From the NCBI GenBank assembly GCA_013265495.1, contig MU057654.1, positions 9,789 through 73,788 on the forward strand: 64,000 nucleotides of DNA. The letters are read 5' to 3'. Positions 1 to 13,299 of the stretch are shown here, piece after piece. How positions within the stretch are numbered: position 1 is the stretch's first letter; each line of letters starts with the position of its first letter. A model generated the notes under the pieces. That model ran no database searches. It was not told where the DNA came from and saw nothing but the letters and a program-made list of their open reading frames with translations. This DNA comes from Vicugna vicugna (lineage: Eukaryota). The position numbers were made by a program, and so were the translations under genes.

Positions 1-409
1 CACAAAGGTTGAAAAATAATAATAAACAATTAAAAAATGTTAAAAAAAGAAAAGAAAACAGGAATGCTCATACATTATAGATCCCAAACTGAGACAATAT
101 TTTTCAAGGCCAATTTCTATGACAATTAAAAGCATCCATAGTCATATACAGCAATGAGCATTCTAGGAACTTAATACCTTCATGTTAGTATTAAACATTT
201 TATGTACAAAGAAGTTCAATCAACACTATCTTTCATAGTGAAAACTACAAACAGCCCAATATCCATAAACATCCGTGGGAATGGATGTGTGTGTTTTACC
301 TTTATTTTGAAGGTAAATATTTGGAGTGATTTGGAGTAAAATGTGAATGGTATATTTCTTGAGGCAGGGATAATGATGATATTGTCCTTCTACCTCATTT
401 GTATTTCTA

Positions 410-640
410 AACTTTACTGACAGATTTTTCTGGCACCTTGGGAGCTTGCTCAGCCCAGGCTTAGGACAACCTAGAAGTGCCAGAGATTTTTACATTCTGG
501 TATAACATCTACCAATAAAGGACACACGTCTGTGGATGAATACTCCAGTTTCCCATCTCTAATTGGGATAATTCTGAGGAGCATTCTATATGGTTCCTTA
601 GACTTAGAGGGTTCCCAGCAGGATTGGGCTGACTAGCTTT
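410..640 (+). mobile_element. ERVL LTR fragment (LTR16-like)
   Basis: ggataattctgaggagcattctata...ggttcccagcaggattggg resembles LTR16-family sequence. Confidence 0.5.
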
Positions 641-1469
641 TGGCTATGTCTGTCATTTGTGCTATATTTAAAAAAAACCTTTTTCATCCTAAAATTATAT
701 ACAAAATAACATTTTTATATACTATTTTCAATGGTTTCATATCTTTTAATCCAAATATTTAGTGTCTGTATTTAAGTGTATAACAGGAATAACACACTTC
801 ATTTTTTTTCCCAAATAGCTAACCAATTATCCCAGCACCATTTCTTCAGTAATCTAACCTTTCCCCACTGATTCAAAATATTTCAATCAGGTTACTAATA
901 TTTCTCCATATTTGGGTTTGAAAATTGGCTTTCTCCTGTTTCATTTGTTCTATATTTATTCTGCTATAATATTGTTTTAATATTGTAACTTCACAGTAAT
1001 TTTTATCCATCAGCATAACTTTCCCAAATTATCGTTCTGAATTGTTGGAACACCTCAGTGTTGCTCTATGTTAGAGGCCATGCTAGAGGCTTTTTGTAAA
1101 GTGAAGGCGCGTTAATATAATTAAGATATAATTTAGAGGAGACCAGAAATTTGTCATAGGTCTCAAGATCTGAAATTCCACTAGCAAGACTCCATTAGAC
1201 TCACTGCCTCATCTCATAAAAGGCCTGCACAGAGACGCTTCACAAGGGAAACCACCAGCTTAGGTTTACATTTCAAAGTCCTTAGAAGGTGGTGTACTGT
1301 CCCGAGGGTCTATATTTATAGGATGATTCATTAGCAGAAACAGGTTGCCAAGTTTTTACAACTCGAATCTTATTTTTCAACTAAAAATAACTGTATTGTC
1401 TAATTATAACCAAAAAATATATGCATGCTGATGAGAAACAGAACAAAAAACAATCACCCATTCTCTTAA

Positions 1470-1512
1470 AAACAAAACAAAACGAAACGAAACAAAACAA
1501 AACAAAACAAAA
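1470..1512. repeat. (AAAAC)n microsatellite
   Basis: Directly visible, with AAACG variants. Confidence 0.9.
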
Positions 1513-1899
1513 ATAGAAAGAGAATTAACTAAGATGGACTTTTTAAAAAAAATTTTGACCTCCAACCTATTTTCCAGACTTTCTAGCCTTGCCCCCGCCT
1601 CCTACGCCACGGTTCCAGCCTAGGACAAAACCAATACTGTTAGGGGAAATTCTGGACTTTACTTGCTGGGAAGTGGAGGGGAGAGAAGTGGGCATTTAAT
1701 GGTATAGAAAAGGAAGAAGCAATTCTTTAAAAGCTCCAGCAAGAATCAGGGAAAAAGCAAATACAAACGACAAAATATTATGACCTCTTTGGTGTTGAAG
1801 ATTGCTAAACAGGAAAATAAATAGACAAGCAAACAAATAAATAAATAAGGGATGGGCAGTACCCAGTGGTATTGGTGGGGAGAGGACGAAAAGAGGAGA

Positions 1900-2800
1900 A
1901 AGGTGGCCCCGCCCATGCTCCCGCTCCCAACCCTCTGCCGCACTGCAGGTACGAACCATAATTGGGGATCTGAGCTCACAGTGACGTAGCCCTTACGAGA
2001 CCTAGAGCCGACGCTTGGTTTATTCTCTCCTCCCAGTTGCGGTCAGGAGTCGTTTGTGGCTGTGCGCCGGCTCGCTGTTGCCTTGAAGGCGGGCGAGTCT
2101 TGGGAAGGAGGAAGTCGTAGGAGCTGACCCCGATCCTTGGCAGGTTGGAGGGCGCTGACTGGGGAGGGGAACGGGGCCTGAAGGGAAAGATCAGAGCGGG
2201 TCCAGGACTGGATTCTCTCTAACCTTTCCCCGATGTCCACCCGTTTGGTGCAAGAAATGGAAGTCTTGGAGGGAGGAGATCCAGAGGGGCCAAGGGTTGA
2301 GAATGGGGACCAGTTGGGATCTCCTAGGGGGTGGGCGGTCGGATGACATCTAGAAGGGAAGGACCAGAAACGGAGACCGCGAGGAAACGGCCTGATTTCT
2401 GCAGGGCGACAGGAGGGGCGCGCAACCGGTGACCCTGGGTTGGGGATGGCAGACTGTATAACGGGTCTAGGGCTCCGTTCCCGGTATTTCTTCTCCACCC
2501 TCCGTCCATTTTGGAGCCGGAAACGGTGGGCTGCGGGAACTTGGGGGGAGGGGAGAGGGGAGCGGGGACCGGGGCGGCTGATGCAGAGGATAAGGATAGG
2601 GATTAGGTCTGAGAAGCACATCCCTTCGGAGGAGGCGATCGATCAGGAGATTTAGAGATATAGGCGGGGGTGTGGGGGGTGGGTGGCGGCGAAAAACAGT
2701 TTCTGGTCCCTGCAGGCCCGCATAAGCGTGGGAGCTGCCTGCGGACCCTGGGGTAAGCATGACAAAGCGCTGACGCCGCCCCCGGTACAGGTTTGCAGTG
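1900..2800 (+). promoter_or_regulatory. BEX5: CpG-rich promoter / 5' non-coding exon region of BEX5
   Basis: High GC and CpG density relative to flanks; CRE-like GTGACGTA at 1981; candidate donors CAG|GTACGA (1948/1949) and GGG|GTAAGC (2752/2753). Exact first exon not resolved. Confidence 0.65.
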
Positions 2801-3284
2801 CCCACGTTACCTCTTCCCCCTTCCATCTTGATGCATAAAATGGTGGGCAGTGGTAGGAGGGTGAGCTCCAGAAAGGCCACTGGGTCCCAAAAGGTCTTGG
2901 CAGATACCCATAATGAAATTCTTTATAAATAAACCACGTAGCTACCCAACAAGTTCTTCGGACTCCCCCGCCCCACAAGTTATACATTTGCATTCAAGAA
3001 ATTGTAATTAGGTGACGGGAAGGACGAGATAGTGGAGATAAGGGTCCCAAAGAAGAGGTTTAACTGGTTTGGAAATAACCATCTTTGATTACAATACCTA
3101 TTTCTGGAAGGCGAGGTAGCGTGTCGCGGGGCAGGAAAAGAAGCTGTGTGACAGGATGGAGGAGAAAGACAAGGCAGCAGCATTTGACTAGCAGAGTCCT
3201 AAGTCAACTGTGGAGCTGTTGCCCCCGATACTTGTCCTTTAATCAAATGAAAAATCCTGGGCGTTGTTGCATTTCCGTCTGCAG

Positions 3285-3351
3285 GTCTTTAGGTCCGTTG
3301 GTGCAGCAGATTTCAAGGCTAAGAAAGGAGGACTGCTTCTGATCCCTGCAG
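3285..3351 (+). other. BEX5: BEX5 non-coding exon (67 nt)
   Basis: Acceptor ttccgtctgcag| and donor ccctgcag|gtatga; similar in sequence and length to the non-coding exon 2 of the TCEAL genes in this window. Confidence 0.75.
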
Positions 3352-3739
3352 GTATGAGGGGGGAGTGCCTGGGGCCCTCTGGCGTAGGGGGAATAAGGGA
3401 TCAGAACAAAATCTGGGAGACTCCCAGCCCTACCTGCCCTAGTTAAGTGCAGGAGAGACCTGGCAGGAGTCTAGAAACAGTGGGCCTGTGGCTAGTGAGG
3501 GAAGACGGGAGTAGAGGGACAAGCCCTGGGATGCCCCTGAAGGGCTTATCAAGATCTCTAGAAGCTAAAGCCTGGTCTCTCAACCACTGTCCAGCCCACC
3601 ACCCATCTTATGTTTTGGTGGAGGAGTGGCCCAGGGAAGAATTTTCAGAGAAAATGCTGGGCTTTATGGCAGGGCCGGCTCTGGGGCGCCCCCTAGAGGG
3701 CATATGCAGTCTCTCAGATGGGAAAACCTTTGCCGTTAG

Positions 3740-4153
<414 letters not shown>

Positions 4154-4355
4154 AGGCTGAGGTTAATGATCATAAATCCCCTGCTTCTCAAACTTTCATT
4201 TTCTTGATGTAGCCTTTACTGTGAACCTTTGGTATTCTGTCATTTTTCTGATTGGAGATTTCATTTTGACTTTTGACTTACTCTGTAGGTTTTTCTGTCA
4301 GCAGGGGAGGTTCATCAACTTGCATGCAAAAATGTCTATCGCATATTGTAGAGTT

Positions 4356-4361
4356 AATAAA
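4356..4361 (+). terminator. Polyadenylation signal of BEX5
   Basis: AATAAA about 200 nt after the stop codon, in the context AATAAAGCAG shared with the TCEAL2-type gene. Confidence 0.8.
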
Positions 4362-5819
4362 GCAGTTTAAAAAGCTGTCTGTAGATATACTATCTCATTT
4401 AAAACCACGTGTATTATATATATACACATCAGAATGCAGCCTTTTCTTTATTTTTTCTTGATTATCTTTTTCCCTCACTTTTCCAAAATGTATCATGTGT
4501 GTCAGAACAAAAGTAAGAAGCAAATAACTTACCAATCAGCTTATAAAGGGGATGGAGACAATAAACATTTGAGACACAATTTAAAGACATAAATATTATA
4601 CTACCTCTGGATCTTTAATTTAGAAGCACAAACCTGGTAATTATTACAGATACATTTATTTAAAATCAGCATATGTGTCTGTAAAATGAAGACAGTGCAT
4701 GCTTTACAGAGCTACTGTGGGAATCAAATGAGGTACTGACTGAACTCTAGCTGCTCTATTGACACATGCAAGGCCCCTGCCCTCTGGATGGCCTTCATAT
4801 TTAGTGAAGGACCCAAGGAGTATGTCTACCAGCAAGTCCAACTGACCGCCAGGTAGGAGACACTGTTGTACACCTACGCTGCTGTGTCTCCTTTTCCTGG
4901 ATAATGCCATGACTGCTAGGCACTACTTCCCCTTCTGCTAGGTTTTGCTCCCTCCAGTGGTCCCCAACACTGCTGATGTGCTGGGGTCTTAAAGGTGACA
5001 AAGACCCACTGATTTCTCTGGAGCCCTCAGTGGTCTCCCATTTGCCTGCTTTACAGTTATACTTACTCCAGGTGAGTAATTCCCCAGTGCTGCTTAGGGA
5101 TCCAAACAACCCTTTGTGGTTTTTCTCAGACTTTTTTTCCTCTCCTCACTCCCTCTTCCCCAAGATAAATCTGAGTGACACTCATGATGGGATGCTCAGA
5201 ATTGGACTGTTCCTTCTATCCTCCAGTGAATAGGGCTCAGTCTTCTTGACTCTCCATTTTCTGTGCAGACACTGCTAGAAACTTTTTACTTTTTATATAC
5301 CCAGGTATTGTGAAGGTGGCTTTAAGTCCCCAGAACTGTTCTGGTCAATACCACCCTCACTGCAGGAGACCCAGGATTCTTTACTCACACCAACCTACAC
5401 GGATCCAGAGCAGTTTCCCTCTGCTTTTACTTTGATTTTTGCTGCGCTCGATAGACCTGTAATCACAGATCAATGGGAAACAGGCTGATATGGGATATGG
5501 CAGATGGACCACTTTTTCAGGATGTTCCACCACCCAGTCATCATTACTCCCTAACTAGACTGCCCTTCTCACAGGAAATATATTGTCTCATTTGTCCTGG
5601 TACCCTCAGTGCCTAGCACAGGGTCTGGTAAGTTGTAGAGCACAATAGTTAATTATAGCTGTGTCAAAAGTCTTGCTGTCTGGGCCAAGGTTTGCCTCTG
5701 ATCGTTTGTGAGCAAGTAACTTCCTTTTCCCTGCAGACTGTAGCTTGCAACTGAAAAAGGAACACAACAATTTATGTCTCCTTAGACTCAGTTTTGATGC
5801 ATGGACATTGTACTGTTAT

Positions 5820-6640
5820 AAATGTCAGTGTTGATCAACATGTGCTATACAGACCAACTGCATTGGAATCACCTGAGGGACTGGAAAAAAATTCAGGAAA
5901 CTAGATTTTACTCCGTACTTACTGCATCCTACAAGTTCATGATAGCTCTGGACTTAGATAAATTAAAGTGGAGGTCCCAACTTTAGTTCAAGTTTGGACA
6001 CTCCACTTTACGTTTTACACACACACACACATACACATAAGGCTTTTTTTTTTAACCACTAGCCCATCCCCTTTTTAAAGAGACAACTGTCTTATTTTTA
6101 TGCTGTTATCTTTAGTGCATATGTTCTAACCTTGGCTTCGGGTTTGAATTATTTGAAATGGAACTCAGGACCCAATCCCAACCTATTGAATCAGACTCAG
6201 TAGAAGTGAGATCAAGGGATCATTACATTGTAAAAGCTCCCACTGTGATTCTGATGTACACGTAGACTTGAGAACAACTGGGTATAATTTGTGACTAAAA
6301 TATCTTTGGTTTATTTTCTCTGCACTACACTTGATTGACTGTTTGACCCCAAGGAAGTAATTTCATTTATCTAGAATATTTTTCTTGTGAAAGACGTATC
6401 AGAAAAGAAGAATTATACCCCCAAATCAACATATGAGGTCCTTTTAAGGTAGTGTATGTCAGTGTTCCTTGAAGTTTTCTAGCCTATCAAATGCTTCAGA
6501 ATCACATGTGGCACTTATTTAAAATACAGAATCCTGGCCCCACACTCCAGAACCACCCTTTGGTAATGGTGCGCAGGTAACTGCATTGTTAACAGGCTCC
6601 CAGGTAATTCTGATGCACACTAGAGCTTGAGAATTACCCA
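5820..6640. mobile_element. Cluster of MER5-like hAT DNA transposon remnants
   Basis: Motifs such as gaatcacctg, tactgaatcaga and caggtaattctgatgcacac at ~5830-5960, 6130-6280 and 6460-6640. Confidence 0.6.
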
Positions 6641-7309
6641 TGTATACATATATTTTTATGTCAAGTATATTAAGGACAAACCAATGAAGCAACTAAAAGA
6701 AAATATAGATATATGTTAATCTGAGTTCAGGGAAAAGATCATAGGGGAGAAGGCCTATCTGAACACTAGAAAAATAAGAAAAGATGAAACCATAAAGGAA
6801 AAAAATTGATATATACTATGTAAAACATATTAAATATTATGGAAAAGGTAGCAAGACAATAAATAAAAGTCCAAGAGAAGGGTCTGTATGTCTTAATAAG
6901 ATGTACTTCCTCAATTGAACACCATGTAATTTACTCTCTCATTCCAATGTGGGTAAAATATAAACAATAAAATTAATAAAAATCACATTTCTCTTGCACA
7001 CTTAAAACTTTGATTGTAAGGGTCTGTCCTAGCCATTTGGAATTTATTCAATAACAAAAGAGGGATTATATGCTTGCCTTAGTTCCCTAATGTGGTAACG
7101 TGGTAAGGTGAAAATAGGGATACTCATTTGCCACAGTGCCTGCTGCTCACTATTAGTATTGGTTTCTGGTGGCTGCTGTTAAAAGAAGAAGAAGGAGAAG
7201 AAGACAATAGAAATGTATCTTCTCACAGTTCTGTAGAATGGAAGTCAGAAATCAATGTTTGGGGAGGCCTGTGCTCCCACTGGAAGCTCCACAAGAGAAT
7301 CATTGCTAT

Positions 7310-7645
7310 ATAGCCCCTATCAAAGCTACAATAGTCAAAACAGTTTGGTACTGGCATAAGGACAGACATACAGGCCGATGGAATAGAAAAAACAGCCCAG
7401 AAACTAACTTGCATAGATATCGTCAGATGATTTTGAACAGGTTGCCAAGACCATAAAGTGAGGAAAAGACAGTGTTTTCAGCAAATGGTGCTTGGGAAAC
7501 TGAATATCTACACGCAAAAGAATAAGGTTGGACCCTTGTCTTACACCACACACAAAAATTGTCTCAATCAGAAACCTAACCTAAGAGCTAAAACTATAAA
7601 GCTTTTAGAAGGAAACATAGGGGGAAATTCTCATGATACTGGATT
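7310..7645 (+). mobile_element. L1 ORF2 fragment
   Basis: Translations KATIVKTVWYWHKDRH and NLRAKTIKLLEGNIG are typical of the L1 ORF2 C-terminal half. Confidence 0.85.
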
Positions 7646-8293
7646 TCTCCCTTTGGGAAGAAGAATGTCTATCTTATGCCTGTTCCACCATTGAATATGG
7701 AAGCACATAACTTCTTTAGTTCCACAGGTTCAACTGGAGAGGAATTTTGCCTCAGAATGAATCATACCTCAAATCTCACCCAGATTTGATTTAAATGATA
7801 ATTAGATGGACTTGGAGTTGATGTTGGAATGGGTTAATACTTCGGGGACTGTTGAGATGGGATGAACTTTTTATATGAGCAGGACATGAATATTGGAGGG
7901 GGGACAGAGTTTGGAATGTTAGGTACTGAATCATGTCCCACAAATTCATAGATTGAAGCCCTAATCTCCAATGTAGCTGTATTTGGAGATAGGGTCTTTA
8001 AGTAAATAAGGTGAAATGAGGTCACAGGGTGATACCAAAATCAAATAGGCCCGGTGTGCTTACAAGAAGAGGAGGAGATACTAGGAGTGTTCACTCACAA
8101 TCAAAAGGCCATATAAGGATATAATGAAAAGACAGCCATCTGCAAGCCAAGGAGAGAGGACTCGGGAGAAACCAAAACTGCTGACAACTTGATCTTGGAA
8201 TTCCAATCTCCAGAACTGTGAGAAATTCATTTCTGCTGTTTAAGTCACTCAATCTGTGGGATTTTGTTATGGCGGACCTAGAAGACCAATACA
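7646..8293 (+). mobile_element. MaLR MLT1 internal 3' fragment plus LTR (~7917-8293)
   Basis: LTR motifs gtatttggagatagggtc, gccatctgcaagccaaggagagagg and ttgttatggc...aataca end. Confidence 0.8.
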
Positions 8294-8489
8294 AGATACA
8301 ACACAGGTTGGTGGCTGCCAGGAACTGGGGGAGAAGGTAAAGGGAGGAAATTGCTTAGTGAGTAAGGACTTTTACTTTGAGGGGATGAAAATGCCTTGGA
8401 ACTAAATAGAGGCAGTGGTTCCACAACACTGTGACTGTTCTAAATACCACTGAATTTAGAATACCTTTCACTTTAAAATGGTCCAATTT

Positions 8490-9530
8490 TTTGGATTTTT
8501 ACTGTGGAAAAATAAACATAATACAAAATTTACATTTTAACCACTTGCAAGTGTACGATTCAGTGGCATTAAGTATATTCACATTGTTGTAGAATCATTA
8601 CCACTATGCATCTTCAGAAATTTTTCATCATTCCAAACTGAAATTCTGTACCCATTAAACAATAATTTCCCATTCTTCTCTCCCCCTGGGCCCTGGTAAC
8701 CACTATTCTACTTTCTGTCTAAATGAATATGACTATCCTAGGGGCCTTATATAGGTGGAATCATACAGTATTTGTATTTTTGTGTCTGGCTTATTTAACT
8801 TAGCATAATGTTTTCTCGATTCACCCATATTATAGAATGTAGCAGAATTTCATTTCCTTTTAAGGCTGAATCATATTCCGTTGAATGTATATACCACATA
8901 TTATTTATCCACTCATTTTTCAATAAACAATTGGGTTGCTTCTCCCTTTTGACTATTATGAATAATGCTGCTGTGAACATGAAAGTACAAATATCTGTGT
9001 AAGCCTCTGCCCTCAATTCTTTTTTGAGTATATACCCAGAAGTGGAATTACTGGAATATATGGTAATTATATGTGGGGTTTTTGAGTAAATGTCAGAATG
9101 TTTTCCACAATAGCTGTACCATTTTACATTTCCACTAGCTTTGTACAAATGTTCCAATTTCTCCACACATTATTCTCACTACCACATTATTTTCTGAATT
9201 TCTTTTTATAATAGCAGCCTAATGGATGTGAAGTCATACCTCATCATGGTTTGGGTTAGCATTTCCCTAATGACTAGTGATGTTGAGCATCTTTTTATAT
9301 GCTTTGGATATTTGCATATCTTCTTTGAAGAAATGTCTGTTCAAGTTTTTTGCCCAGTTCTCAGTTGGGTTCTTTTTGTTGTTGAGTTGTACAAGGATTT
9401 TATATTGACTCAATGTTAAACTTTTATCAGATATATAATGTGCAAATAAATCCCTAATTCTGTAGGTTGCCTTTTCACTCTCTTAATAGTGTTCTTTGAT
9501 GAACAAAAGTATTTAACTTTGATTAATTCA
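8490..9530 (-). mobile_element. Old L1M 3' end / ORF2 C-terminus
   Basis: Minus ORF 8795-9166 (FTAALFIIVKREKQPNC...WYIHSTEYDSALK) is L1 ORF2 C-terminal; L1 3'UTR motifs follow. Confidence 0.85.
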
Positions 9531-9534
9531 AAAT

Positions 9535-10290
9535 GTCTTAGTTCTGGTTGCTATCAGTAGAAATACAGTACACTAGGTGGATTAAACAACAAATATTTTT
9601 TTCTTACAGTTCTGGAGACTTGGATGTCCAAGATCAAGGTTTTGGCAGATGCAGTGTCTGATGAGAATCCTCTTCCTGGTTTTCAAATAGCTGTCTTCTT
9701 GCTCTGTCCTTACATGGTGAGGAGAGAGCGATCTCTCTGATCTCTTCCTCTTCTTATACAGACAGTGATCCCATCATAAGGGCTTCACCTTCATGACCTC
9801 ACCTAAATCTAATCTCTTCTCAAAGGCCCCATCTCCAAATACCATCAAACTGGGGATTAGGGCTTCAATGTACGATTTGGAGGAAGACATAAACATTCAG
9901 ACTATAGTATTACACGCCTGGCCCCCCTAAATTTATGTCCTCACAAGCAAAGTGCATTCATTTCATCCCAACAGCCCTAAAAGTTTTAACTCATCCTAGC
10001 ATAAACTCTAAAGTCAAAAGGGCAAAATCTCGTCTAAGTACTATCTAAATGAGATATGGGTTCGATTCTAGGCGTGGTTCATCCTGAGGCAAAATTACTC
10101 TCCAGCTATGAACCTGTGAAACCAAATAATTTACATGCTTCCAAAATACGATGGTGGGACAGACATAGAATAGACATTCCTAGTCCAAAGGGAGAAATAA
10201 GAGAGAAGAAAGAGTGAATCAAAACCTAGCAAGGTAAATCCCATTAGCTCTTAGGGCATGAGAATAATCCTCTTTTGGTTCCATGTGCTG
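9535..10290 (-). mobile_element. MaLR MLT1A-like LTR (~9535-9910) plus internal fragment
   Basis: cagttctggag...tccaagatcaagg and aggccccatctccaaataccatc motifs. Confidence 0.8.
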
Positions 10291-10650
10291 CCCATTCAAG
10301 TCTATTTTCTGTGAAAAGTTCATCAGCTATTGCTTCATGTTTATTTCTGCACTTTGTCTTCACACAGCACTGTTTAATTCTTTCAGCTTTGAGTGTGCTC
10401 TTGCTGTATTCACTATTCTAAGATACAGAGCTTAGATGGGAAATGATTAGTGATCTCCCTCCTACCCCTCTTTGTTACTCAAATGTGACCTCAGTAGGTT
10501 TCCAATGTGTGTACTTTCCCTCCAACATGGGACATGACACCCATGAAAGGTTTTCCTAGCATTGAGTGGCAAAAGGCCACTGAATCTGGTAAAATCTGAC
10601 TCTTGATCAGTAATGCTTTCAGAGAAAAATCTTAATCAAAAGGGTGAATA

Positions 10651-11109
10651 TGTGAAAACTAATAAACAGAAACCTCTTTTAAAATGGAGTCAGGCAGCCA
10701 GAAGGGGGAGCTCTCATGCCCTACCATATCAGTTGCAGACCCAACAGAAGGATAAATACCTTTACATGCCCAGTAAGAAGAAAGTAAGGACTTTACTACC
10801 CAGGAGTAAGAAGGAAGAATATCTTCTTGCCTGGTAACATCTCAGCCAATGAGAGACTGTCACAACTCAGCCAGCGAAAAGCCACTACCCTTAGAACTTC
10901 ATTTCCTCCAATGGACTCTTTGTTTTTGTGTATAACAGCTCCTCCCAACACCCCTTTCTACTCTATAAAAGAACATTCTTTCCTTTGTTCTCCAGGCTTT
11001 GCCTGTGGTTTGCCATAGCTTGCATGTCCTGAATTGCAATTCTTTGCTATTCCCAAATAAATATATTTTGCTGGTAAAAAACTAGTCGTTTTATTGTTTT
11101 AGGTCAACA
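10651..11109 (+). mobile_element. ERV1-class LTR preceded by 3' internal remnant
   Basis: Purine tract aaaagggtgaata, then TG...CA ends, aaaatggagtc, TATAAAA at ~10964 and AATAAA at ~11056. Confidence 0.7.
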
Positions 11110-11379
11110 GCACCAATTACTTAATACTGTTTTTCTCTATGCTTTGGGTGTCATATTCAATAAATCATGGCCATATTCAGTGACATGAAGTTTTACCCAC
11201 CTTTTTCTTTCTCGATTTTCAAAATTTTAGCTCTTATGTTGAGATCTTTGATCCATTTTGAGTTAGTTTTTGTAAATGGTGTAATGTAAAGGTCCAACTT
11301 CATTCATTTGCATGTGGATATCCAGTATTCCCAGTAGTATTTGTTTAAAAGGCAGTTTCCCCCCTGTTGAATAGAAAAT

Positions 11380-13290
11380 AACTGGAATGAGAAATTCACT
11401 AGAGCAACTCATATGGACTGTCTGAAGAATCAATGAACTTGAAGATAGGTAAATAGATATTTTTGAGTCTGAAGAACAAAATATAAATAAAAATGAAGAA
11501 AAGTTTAGAGAAACACAGAGAACCCTGATACACAATCAAACATACCAACATAGACGTAATGAGAATCCCAAAAAGAGATGAGAAAGAGAAAGTGGCAGAG
11601 AAATACATTCAAAGATATAATAAACAAAACTTTTCAAATTTGATTAAAAAATACTAATATACAACTGACTTCTAATCAAAATCGTGGCAATTAGAAGACA
11701 GTGGGATATTTTCAGAATATGGAAAGAAAATGACTGTAAACTAAGATTTCTTAACCAGAAAGCACAAAGATATTTTTATATCTTTTCAAAAGAATACAAT
11801 AGTGGAGAAATAGAGGAACAAAAAAAGACAGAAGATATATAAAAAAACAAACAGTAAAATGGCAGATATAAATCCTACCTTTCCATTATTACATTAAATG
11901 CAAATTGATTAAATGCTCCATTCAAAGGGCAAAATTTAGCAGAATGGGAAAAAAGCATTATTCAATTATATATTATCTATAAGATAAATATTTTGGATTC
12001 AAAGAAATAAATACAATGAAAGTGAAAAGATGGAAAATATATACAAAAAAGAGTAACAAAAAGAGGAGTGGCTATTTTAATAGCAGACAAAAAAGACTTT
12101 AAGACAAAAAAATGTTACTGGAGTACAAGAAAGATGTTTTATAGTGATAACATGGTCAATTCATCAGGAATATATAAAAATATAAACATGCATGTCAAAA
12201 TGCATAAAGCAAAAAGTGACAGAGTAAAAGGGAAAAACAGACAATTGATAATAATTGGGGACTTCAAAATGACACTTTCAAAATTGTATGGCACAAGTAG
12301 GAAAAATATCAACAAAGAAATAGGACATAATGTGGGGGAAGATATAGTTCAGTGACAGAGTGCATACTTAGTATGCATGAGGTCCTGGGTTCAATACCCA
12401 CAGGACTTCAATTAAAAAAAAAACACCTAATCACTCCCCATCCCTCCCCCACAAAAGAAATAAGACACTTAAATAAAACTACAAACCAACTAGAATAACA
12501 GACACCTACAGAATACTTTAAGCAACATCAGAATATACATTCTTGTCAAGCAGCCTTGGAATATTCTCCTGGATAGATCATATACTAGGCCATAATAAAA
12601 TCCTACATAAAATTTAAAGGATTGAAATCATACAAAGAATATTCTCTGATGACATGCAATTTAATAACCAACAACATAAGGAAATATGGAAAATCTACAA
12701 ATACATAGAAATTAAACAATATACTTTCATTTAATCAGAAGAAATCATGAGAGAAATTACAAAATACTTTAAGATGAATGAAAACAAAAACACAACATGC
12801 CAAAACTTATGAGATGTAGTTAAACAGTGCTCAGAGGGAAATTTATAGCTTTAAATACTTATTATTAAAAAGATGAAGGTCTCAAATCAAACATTTAAAT
12901 TTCCACCTTAAAACACTAGAAAAAGAAAAGCAGCTTAAACCCAGAGAAATCAGAAGAAAAGAAATAGTAAATTTAGAGTGGAAATAAATGAAATATATAC
13001 TAGAAAAACAATGGAGAACATTATTAAAACCAAAAGTATTTTCTTGAAAAAAAAAAAACCTGACAAAACTGTAGGTAGACTGCCAAGGAAAAAAGGATGA
13101 GGATTCAAATTAACAAAATCAGGAATGAAAGAGGAGACATCACTCCCAATTCTACAGGTTTGAAAACGATTATAGGGGAATATTATGAACAATTGTATGC
13201 CAACAAATAAGACAAGATAGAGGAAATGGACAAATTCCATAAAGACACAAACTACCAAAACTGACAAATAGAAAATAGAAAGAAAAGTAA
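11380..13290 (+). mobile_element. Degenerate L1 ORF1/ORF2 (endonuclease region)
   Basis: A-rich strand; AILIADKKDFK and IIIGDF motifs in ORF 12068-12355. Confidence 0.85.
12328..12453 (+). mobile_element. tRNA-derived SINE (camelid type) inserted in L1
   Basis: A box (tagttcagtg), B box (gggttcaatac), A tail; near-perfect 14-bp TSD aaagaaata(g/a)gaca at 12314-12327 and 12454-12467. Confidence 0.85.
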
Positions 13291-13299
13291 CATTACTGA

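Noticed and set aside
2043..2880. 192-aa and 137-aa antisense ORFs over the BEX5 promoter
   Set aside because: Pro/Arg/Ser-rich frames expected from GC-rich DNA; non-ATG starts and no recognisable homology.
4704..5109. Minus-strand ORFs with GVQQCLLPGG, faintly like the TCP11 C-terminus
   Set aside because: Similarity is limited to a few residues with no supporting exons; the region looks more like a degenerate ERVL-type internal end.
7646..10290. Apparent inverted repeat between 7650-8290 and 9535-10290
   Set aside because: Two diverged, independent MLT1 insertions in opposite orientation.
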